A program made the position numbers and the translations under genes. 64,000 nucleotides of DNA from the human T2T-CHM13v2.0 reference genome, Homo sapiens. The stretch is from assembly GCF_009914755.1 (NCBI RefSeq), contig NC_060945.1; one strand, written 5' to 3'. Position 1 is the first letter of the stretch, and every line of letters starts with the position of its first letter. The notes under the pieces are model-generated. The model was not told the DNA's origin and made no database searches. It saw nothing but the letters and a program-made list of their open reading frames with translations. Below, piece after piece: positions 55,100 to 64,000 of the stretch.

Positions 55100-57971
55100 T
55101 CAGCCTGACCATACTGTAAAGAATAAAAAAGCATGTTTAGGAGATCAAGGGTGTAGCCAAACTAGCGTTTCAGGCAGAGATTAGCATGGACAGGCAGAAG
55201 CCAGGTGCTGTGCATGAAGACAGTGACGGCATAACCCTGAAGGTGTTTCAGAGGTTATTATTGCTGCCCTCCCATCACAGGCCCAGGGTGCCGAGGTCTG
55301 GGGGACAGAACTATGCCCACAGAGGTGCCTGGAGTGCCTGCAGGACCTCGGCACCTGCTGCAGTGTGTCTCCCTCAGAGGGCACAATCAATAAACCTTGG
55401 GCTTCTGTGCAGGGCCATCTCCATGGGTGTGTAGAGGGTAGGAGCTATGGAGGCATGGCTAACTCCATCTGGATTTCAGAGGATGCTTTGGAGAGCCTTG
55501 GGGTCCAGGCAGAGAACTGCCACAGGGGCAGAGCCACTGCAGAGAGCCCCCACCAGGACAATGCCCAGTGGAGGTGTGGGGGCAGGGCCACCTGAAGACC
55601 TCAGACTAGCAGAGCCACTGACGTGCACCTCCAGCCTGAGAGAGCCACAGGCAGGAGACTCCAGCCCATGAGAGCTGCAGTATGGGCTGTGCCCAGCAAA
55701 CCCATGTAGGAGGTGCCACCCAGAGCCCTGGGGGCCTAAGTCCCTCCTTAGAGTGTTCAGAAGGTGGGACCATGGAGTCAAAGAAGATATAATGCTTTTT
55801 GCCCTGTTGGGTTTTGGACTTACTTGAGACCTGTTATCGCTTTCTTCTTTTCTGTTTTTCTCTTTTTGGATGGAAGTGTCTGCCCTGTGCCTGCCCCATC
55901 CTTGCATTTTGGAAGCACATAACTTGTGTGACTTCACAAGTTCACCGCTGAAGGAATTTGCCCCAAGAGGACATTTACCTTGAGTCCCACTCACATCTGA
56001 TTTAAATTATGTGTAGCTGGGACTCTGGGCTTTAGACTTTTTATTTGGTGCCGGGAACAATTTAAGACTTTGGGCCCTATTGAGATGGAATGAACATATT
56101 TGGCATGTGAGAAGACTGAATTCTGGAGGGCCAGGGGTGGAATGCTATGGTCTGAATGTTGGGGTTCCCCCTAAATTTATTTGTTGGGACTTAATGCTCA
56201 GTGTGATTAATACTCTGATAGTACTAAGAGGTGTGGCCTCTGGAAGGTGATTAGTTCATGAAGACTTTGCCTCATGAATAGGGTGGAGCTCTCATAAGAC
56301 AGGTTGAAGGGCCCATCTCTTCCTCTTCCATCATGTGAGGACACAGAGGCGCCATCTATGAGGAACAGGCCCTCACCTGACACCAGAGATGCTGGAGTTT
56401 GACCTTGGACTTCCCAGCTTCCAGTGCTATGAACAATACCTTTCTGTAGTTTACAGATTTCCCAGTCTACGATATTTGTTACAGCAGCCAGAATAGACTA
56501 AGACACACGTACACTCCCTCCCTTGGTCAGAGAAGCCAACAGGGCCGGGGCCAGGCTGACCAGAAGGGAGATCTCCAGGCCCAGCCCAAGGCAAGCTCGC
56601 CACAGGGATGCGTCTCGAGCATGAGCACCTGCTGTGTTGTCCCGGCCTGGGATGACGAGGGCACGGTGTTCATCCCTGTCTCTCCCTCCCTCACATCACT
56701 CACCACTGTCAGACAGGAGAGCCACAAGCCCTCTTTCCTACTTACACTTGGGGCAGCATCTTCTGTTCTTAACTGGCTGGGAACTTTTATCTTCAGAGTC
56801 AGAGATCTGGGTTGTGAAAAGCAGGCAAGCAGACAAACATCTCTCTGCAGCCTTCTCCCCATTCTCCTACCCAGTTTCCAGAATTTGGGGGAAAAAAATC
56901 CCATAAGCTGTCATACTTCATATTGCCATCAGGCAGCAGTGGGAATGGTGCAGAGAGGAGCTGGGCAAAGGGGCAGAGGGACAGCTTTCTTTGTTTTTTT
57001 GTTTTCCTCCATGAAATGGGGAGGTGTCAAGTGAGCGAGATGTCCCCGGCCACACAGTGAAGCACAAGGCAGCCGAAGACACAGCAGGCAGGTCAGGTCT
57101 GTGTGCACATTGGCAGGCTGCATGCAGACCAGCCTCGGCCCAGGTGGAGAAGCAGAGGGATCTGCAGGGGAACCAGGGATTCAGAGACCTGTTGTTGGGG
57201 TCCTGCAGAAGATGGGGCAATTCAAGTCACCAAGCCAGTCTCACCCCAATGGCCTGGCTGGTTGCAGAAACTCACCAGGGACAAGGGGTCACCCCACCAC
57301 AGGCCCACCTGGACATGTGACTCCCCTGCACCCACCCTCACAAGCACCAAGGGCAGGATCCTCACGCCAGAGGCCAAGTCCTCAGTGTGCCCCTTTCTCC
57401 CCTTCATGTTCAGCCTCAGCAGCTGGAAGTCCACAGAAATAAATCAGACACTTCTAAAATGGGACACCATAGGGAAGGCCAGATGGAATAAGAGTTCTCT
57501 TCCCACAGACCTAGACTTCCATTGACTCCACTCGAAGTCAACTGGGTGATGCTGTTGGCTGCAAGTCAAGGCCAACATGGGCTGTGCTAATAGATGCAGA
57601 CCCTCTAGAGGGAAGGAGCACATCACCCTGGCCTGTTCTGTCCTGATCACACTGAATAGGTGTTCTTTGGTGGCCCTGAATTTCATGAGGGACACGAGGA
57701 ACTGGCACCCATCCCGAGAAGGGGAAAGTGGGACAAAAGGGCGTCTTCTAGGAAGCCACACTGGAGAGACTGGGGGCATCTGGTCCAGAGAACAAGGGTC
57801 TGGAAAGAATGTTGTTGCCATCATTGGCTGGCCAGGGCCTACTCTGGGGAGTGACTCCATGTTGCTATGGTGTGCAGAGCAGTCAGGGTGATAGGGAGTC
57901 CAATTGGACACAGGTTCAGTTTGCTAATGGTGACAACACTTAATAATGGAGTGGGTTGCCAGTTGAGGTAG

Positions 57972-58329
57972 TGATATAGTTTGGCTGTGTCCCCACCCAA
58001 ATCTCATCTTGAATTGTAGCTCCCATAATTCCCACATGTTGTAGGAAGGACCTGGTCAGAGATCACTGAATCATAGGGGCAGGTCTTTCCCATGCTATTC
58101 TCATGATAGTGAATAAGTCTCATGAGATCTGATGGCTTTATAAAGGGGAGTTTCCCTGCACAAGCTCTCTCTCTTGTCTGCCGCCATGTGAGACATGCCT
58201 TTCACCTTCCGCCATGATCATGAGGCTTCCCCAGCCACATGGAACTGTGAGTCCGTTAAATCTCTTTCCTTTGTAAATTGCCCAGTCTCAGGTATGTCTT
58301 TATCGGCAGCGTGAAAATGGACTAATACA
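57972..58329 (+). mobile_element. THE1 (THE1B-like) solo LTR
   Basis: Full LTR from tgatatagtttggctgtgtccccacccaaatctc to gtgaaaatggactaataca; TATA-like tttataaa at ~58137. Confidence 0.92.
58214..58246 (+). CDS. ABCG1: ABCG1 alternative LTR-derived first coding exon (MIMRLPQPHGT)
   Basis: gccATG context, 11 codons, then ACT|gtgagt donor in phase 0, inside a sense THE1 LTR downstream of its TATA; matches a recalled ABCG1 isoform N-terminus. Confidence 0.8.
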
Positions 58330-59677
58330 GACAGGAAGTGGCTCCCCACTGGAAATTACCAGCTGTCAGCAATGCCTTAGCAGAAATTTCTGTTGGGGTT
58401 GGGACTAAGCTGGTCCTGTCGAGAGCTCCCCTTGCCTGGTTGATCCTCAGGGTTCTACTTAGAATGCCTCGAAAAGTCTTGGCTGGACACCCATGCCCAG
58501 TCTTTCTGCAGGGTCCCATTGGGGTTAACCTTCTCATTTCATCCCATGTGAACCAGGCCAGGCCCATCAGGGTTTGGCAACCCCCTGATGCAGTGGTTGC
58601 TGCCAGGTGACAGGAGCAAGCCTGCAGCTGCTGGGGGGCCATGCAGAGACAGCCTGCCAGAGGGGAGACCACCTGGGGAGGCCAGAGCCGTGGAGACAGC
58701 AAGAGACCAGGGGCTGAGGACAGAGTAGTACAGGTCTTTGGTCCCAGTAGTCCTGAAACCACTGCACTCCGAACCTTTCTGTACTTAGCTTAAGCCAGTT
58801 GGAGTTTCTGTCCTTTACAACCAAGAGCCTTGATAGGAATGGGGTCCTGTGCTACGCTACTGTTGGCTTCTTTCCCGATCGGGCGCTGGAGGGGAACACA
58901 GCAGTGACTACAGTGGGATGCTTACTCGGTGCTGGGCATGCTAGAAAGTGCTTGCCATGCCTTATTTCCCACGTGGTGGGGATTTTGACCCCACTGTACA
59001 GACAGATAAGTGAGGACCCTTTCACTTATCCTGCAACAGAAAATCCAGCAGCCAAAGCCAACAAGGGCCCAGCATAGCATCTTCCCTCTCTGACTTCATC
59101 CTCACGCTCCACACACCATCCCCCTGGCCATTCCCAGCAGCCCAGTAAGCACTGCCTCACACTTCCAGTTCCGGACCAGCCAGGATGGCCAGGCTGGATG
59201 GGGGCCATCCACCGGCTGAAGCCAATTGCCTATTCTCGAGCTGAAGGTGAATCAATCCCGCATAAATCTTCGGGCAGAGAACTGGGTGGGGGTAGAAGAG
59301 GGGGAATGTCTAGAAGGAAATTCTGGGCACATTCCTGGAAGTGAGGAGGATGGATATTGGACAGAAATTATGTCATTGCAGGCACCCTCACTTGCCCTGG
59401 CCACATGGACAGTTCCTCCCCGGCTGTGTTCCGTGCCTCCTCTCGTGCTCCAGGGCCTGTCTGTTCCTGGAGCGAGATGGGTCCCAGGGCTGGGCACCAG
59501 TCCCCATCTCCAGCCATCAGGCACTTTCCTCTCTGTGTTTTGGCGTAAACACTCCCTAGGTTTGTGGATCTGAATCCTCTTCCCAACACACTCAAGCTTT
59601 GCTGGCCTCCCTGCAGTGTATGTTTAAGGCACCACACAGCCTCCAAGGCCTGGCACCCGGGCAGTGGCACCTGGTAA

Positions 59678-60024
<347 letters not shown>

Positions 60025-60762
60025 TGGATGACTCTTGAGACAACACCATTCAGACAAAGGCAAGGCCTCCCACTTAAACTCATAACCGTGTCTCCTTTCT
60101 CTCCTTCGATTTGAGCGGCTGAATTTGGTTACAGTCATCTGACCTGTGGGTGTGAAGTCCACCTGCCTGGCATAAAAAGCTGTGCCTCCTTTCTAGGTGA
60201 GGAGAAAGAGAGAGACCTGGCTCATCTGAGGTGTGGTTGGGAGGGGGGACCCAGGTGTGCTGGAAATGAAAAGAAATGCATTCCTGTTTTTCGTCCCAAC
60301 ATGCAAACAACTGAACAAAAGCATTAGGGCCTGAGACTGGGAGTAAAGAATTCCTTGTCACCATGGATACCAGGAAATGGCCCCACTTATATATAATAAG
60401 GGCTTTAGAGATGCTGGACCATCTGATATTCCAGCCTGGGGCCACATGGGAGTGTGCCCTGGTGTTATTCCTTATACAGTTCCATGAACATGGCTCTGGA
60501 AACACCTCTGTCTGCAGAAAATGAGGCTTTTCTTTTTTTGTTCGGGGGTGAACAGAGGGCAGAGGCCTGGGCATCTTCACTCAGCACCCCTTTGTAACCC
60601 AGCACTTAGCACCATGGCTGGCGCACAGCAATGTCACATGTGTGAGTGCACACGATGCCTCACTGCCAGGGGTCACCCCACACCGGTGCTGTTGGGGGCG
60701 TTGGAGTGGTTATCTCTTCTTTAGTCCTCAAGCTCCTACCTGGCAGAGAGCTGCCCAACACC

Positions 60763-60783
60763 GTCGGGGTGGGGTGGGCGGGA
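60763..60783 (+). promoter_or_regulatory. GnT/GT-box element (candidate ZNF202/KLF/Sp site)
   Basis: gtcggggtggggtgggcggg ~550 bp upstream of the ATG, near where I recall a ZNF202 site in the ABCG1 promoter. Confidence 0.45.
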
Positions 60784-61279
60784 AGGGAAGAAGCAGCAGC
60801 AAGAAAGAAGCCCCCTGGCCCTCACTCTCCCTCCCTGGACGCCCCCTCTTCGACCCCATCACACAGCCGCTTGAGGCTTGGAGGCAGTGGATTTCCGAGC
60901 CTGGGAACCCCGGCGTCTGTCCGGTGTCCCCGCAGCCTCACCCGTGCTGGCCCAGCCCCCGCGAGTTCGGGACCCGGGGTTTCCGGGGTGGCAGGGGGTT
61001 CCCATGCCGCCTGCGAGGCCTCGGCTCGGGCCGCTCCCGGAACCTGCACTTCAGGGGTCCTGGTCCGCCGCCCCCAGCAGGAGCAAAACAAGAGCACGCG
61101 CACCTGCCGGCCCGCCCGCCCCCTTGGTGCCGGCCAATCGCGCGCTCGGGGCGGGGTCGGGCGCGCTGGAACCAGAGCCGGAGCCGGATCCCAGCCGGAG
61201 CCCAAGCGCAGCCCGCACCCCGCGCAGCGGCTGAGCCGGGAGCCAGCGCAGCCTCGGCCCCGCAGCTCAAGCCTCGTCC

Positions 61280-61311
<32 letters not shown>
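61280..61311 (+). repeat. (GCC)10 trinucleotide repeat in the ABCG1 5' UTR
   Basis: Ten uninterrupted GCC units ending 8 nt before the ATG. Confidence 0.95.
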
Positions 61312-61319
61312 CCCGGGGC

Positions 61320-61361
61320 ATGGCCTGTCTGATGGCCGCTTTCTCGGTCGGCACCGCCATG
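61320..61361 (+). CDS. ABCG1: ABCG1 major first coding exon (MACLMAAFSVGTAM); rest of the gene lies beyond the window
   Basis: ATG at 61320, 14 codons matching the recognised ABCG1 N-terminus, then ATG|gtgagt consensus donor (phase 0) at 61362; inside a CpG island. Confidence 0.96.
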
Positions 61362-62028
61362 GTGAGTGAGCGCATCCTTCGTCCGCCGGGAACGGTTTTA
61401 TTTTCAAGGAGAGCAGGAAACACACAAAGACTCGCAAGCTCGACCTGACACCCCTCCCAGGAGCGCGTCCTCTGGGCGCTGACCCAGGGCACCCTAGAGT
61501 GGCGCCCGGCTCCGATCGCTGCCCCTGCCCCTCCGCCAGGGCCACCTGGAGCCTCGGGATGCCCCTTGCACCGGCAGAGAGCACGGACTAGGTGGAGGGG
61601 CCGGGAGTGGGGCGGGGGCAGCGAGTTGCCCTACAAGTTGGACCGATGGCCTTGACCTGATGGCTTCTGGGCGGGGGGCGTGGGGAGCTGGGGACCCGGA
61701 GCGCACTGGGGACTGGGGAGGGGCCGCAGCTTGGGCCGGAGGGAAGAGGGGACTTGAAGAAGGGGAGCCCCGCGCGCGCGGCTGTGGGCTTGGGGACCGG
61801 GGACTTCTCGCGCCATCCCCAGGAACGCCAGGCAAGGTCTGGGGGAACAAAAGAGGAAGCTGCCCCCAGAGAGCCGGAGCCTGCGACTGCACTCCCGGGG
61901 ACACCCTCTCCCGGACCCACTCGGGGAGGCGGCGGCGAAGGCCCGGGGAGACCCGCGAGGGGCAAGCCCGGATTCCTGCCGGCCGCCTTTCTGCGCGCGC
62001 CGGAGAGAGAGACGCGGTGGGGACAGGG

Positions 62029-62103
62029 ATGCGCATTTCACTTCCCCGAGCTCCGGAGAGGGATGGCGGGGTGTCGGCGAGTTCACTGCTGGACACAGTT
62101 ACT
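62029..62103 (+). CDS. ABCG1: ABCG1 alternative first coding exon (MRISLPRAPERDGGVSASSLLDTVT)
   Basis: ATG at 62029, 25 codons, then ACT|gtaagt donor in phase 0; peptide matches an ABCG1 isoform N-terminus as recalled. Confidence 0.85.
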
Positions 62104-62443
62104 GTAAGTGCTGTTTCCAGGGGTGGTCAGGAATCTCCCTTTCTGGTTTTCTGGCATTAGGAACAAACAACAAACCAATCATCAGGCCCCCAGCCACCCA
62201 CCTCACCTTATCCTAGCGCCCTTCATGTCTACGCCCAGCACACCAACATCGTAGAGGTAGCTAAAGTACAAATGGAAAGTCTTCCGTATTCCACGCCGTG
62301 TATCTGTGTAGTTACTACCCTGATATTACTTCCCCGAGGCTGTAAGCCCACAGTGCATGGCACGCTCCGGGGCTCACCCCGCCCCTCCCCTGTATTTCAT
62401 TTTTAGCATCCTGTATTTGAAGTCAGCAGGGCTCAGCAGGATT

Positions 62444-62459
62444 TGACCGACAGTTACCT
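62444..62459 (-). promoter_or_regulatory. DR4 LXR/RXR response element (AGGTAA ctgt CGGTCA) in ABCG1 intron 1
   Basis: + strand reads TGACCG ACAG TTACCT, a DR4 in reverse; ABCG1 is a canonical LXR target with intronic LXREs. Confidence 0.75.
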
Positions 62460-64000
62460 CTTGCCTTGAGCTCAAGAGAAAAAAAAAAAATAGCCAGGTT
62501 TCTGCGCATGCTCCGCTGTGACAACTGCATCCTATGATTCCAAACAGGTTACTGTAGAACATACGGAGCCTCGCCAGCTCATTATATAATGATTTTGTGT
62601 AAACGATAGAATGGGGCCGCAGACATGGCCAGGCGGTGGGTGGAGGAGGGGAGAGCCCGAGCGGGAGACCCGCAGGCTGACTCGCCTCTCTGGGCTGCCC
62701 TGCCTTCCCTGCGTGGCTTCTACGTAGAAGAGGCAGTGAACAAAACGGAAAAGCCGTTTCCCTCCCGGTGACACTTGCTTTTCTCTGGTTGAATCTTTGG
62801 GCAACACTTGGGAATTCTGCCTTTTGCACTTGTTCATCTATTAGGATTTCTAAATGAGGTTGACCATGGAAAATTAAGGAGGTTATTGATGTTAGTTGCA
62901 GGTAGAGAAAGTTATAGATCTTGTATTAGATGCTAGTTAACTCTTGAATTCCTTCTAGAGCTGCAAAGGTGGCTTGGTGTGGGTTTTCCTATAATGGACA
63001 TGTGGAAAAATAATGAATCCGATGTTTTAAGGTACAGATTTTTAATACCAAGTTTTTAAAAAATGTTATATTATCATTTGATAATATGCCCCCGGAGCTC
63101 AACTGTCTTGTTATCACGTGGAGACAGTAACGGCTGGGCTCATTGTTTTGGAGAACATTATTTTATTTTGAAAATTATTTTCCTCTCTGAAAACTGGGTA
63201 CTTTAAAAAAAGTTTAAACATTTCTATTCATGCACAGCTGTCCCACCCTGAAAGCAATAATCTGATGGTAGAAGCTAAGCAGAGTTAGGCCCCGGCTAGT
63301 CCTTGAATGAGAGACCACCTGGGAATTCTGGGGGCTGTAGGGTTAAAAGAAAAATAAATTAAAAATAAAATAAATTCTGGCCAAGTCATAAACAAAGAGC
63401 CCTTCAGAGATACCAGGATCTTAAGCTTTGCTTTTCCTTCACCTCCCTGCCCTGGGGTCCATCCTGGTGTGGACCCTCTGAGCTGTGAGTCAAAGGAGGT
63501 ACTTGGGGGTGAGCCAGGCACTCGGGGGAACATGCTGGAGCCCCTGAGTTCGGTGGGCATACAAGGGGTGGCAAATGCGTCCAGTGGGAGGGTGGTATTT
63601 GGAGGTGTTCTGGGATTCCAAGTGACCCCTCAAGTGCGGTCTGGTCTCTGGCTCAGTTCAGGGTATGATGCCTTTGGTATTTTCTTCTGGGCAGTCGCCT
63701 TGGGGGCTCTTGGTCAGTGCATTTTCCTCTTATGTGCTTAGGATGCTTAGGCAGGTACCAAGGCTGGCAGCAGTGAACCAAAGAGAGAAGACAGACAGCT
63801 GCGTGCTAACTGTGCTGCTGACTGGCTCCTCCTCCTGTTTCCTGACTTCCTCCTAATGCTAGGAGAAAAAGTTTCTGTCTCTGTGTTCCTGGTGGAAATG
63901 GAGTGAATGCGGCTCACCACGGCCTGTGGGTGGCTTACTGACTGCTACAGACCCTCCCCAGCTAAACAGGCATCTCTATCTGCCCAGGATTCAAACTGCA

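Larger units (their letters stand above)
60880..62100. promoter_or_regulatory. ABCG1: CpG-island promoter of ABCG1 (TATA-less; CCAAT box ~61134, GC boxes ~61112-61157)
   Basis: Very high GC and CpG density; ggCCAATcg and ggggcgggg motifs just upstream of the GC-rich 5' UTR. Confidence 0.9.

Noticed and set aside
58226-58238. PRDM9 hotspot motif position in THE1
   Set aside because: CTTCCCCAGCCAC misses two fixed positions of CCNCCNTNNCCNC
60642-62160. Several 150-270 aa ORFs on both strands
   Set aside because: Stop-poor CpG island; only the short ABCG1 exon segments have splice and identity support

Overview
Human (simian primate) genomic DNA, rich in Alu, L1 and MaLR repeats. The right third is the 5' end of ABCG1 (ABC cholesterol transporter, chr21q22.3) on the + strand. 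I identified it from the first coding exon MACLMAAFSVGTAM (61320-61361), which lies in a CpG-island promoter. Three other alternative N-terminal exons are visible and match ABCG1 isoform starts as I recall them: MLGTQGWTKQRKPCPQ (43734-43781, inside an L2), MIMRLPQPHGT (58214-58246, inside a THE1 LTR) and MRISLPRAPERDGGVSASSLLDTVT (62029-62103). All four end in phase 0. There is also a likely non-coding upstream exon (about 41750-41907) and an intronic DR4/LXR element (62444-62459). The left ~41 kb appears intergenic: repeats, a 34-36 bp G-rich minisatellite and CA/TG low-complexity tracts. No complete gene, RNA gene or CRISPR array is present, and almost all listed ORFs are repeat or low-complexity artefacts. 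I found no new multi-gene system. The best unexplained signals are: (i) a gap-free 216 bp inverted duplicate (~81% identity) sitting next to two different ABCG1 alternative first exons; (ii) a second sense THE1 LTR with an in-phase ATG-to-GTAAGT mini-exon, a candidate extra ABCG1 start; (iii) local fold-back inverted duplications (a 220 bp arm pair in an ABCG1 intron and a 39 bp stem in MER63); (iv) a minisatellite whose unit pairs a 5' splice-site motif with its own complement. Repeat subfamily names come from memory of the consensus sequences, and their boundaries are approximate.
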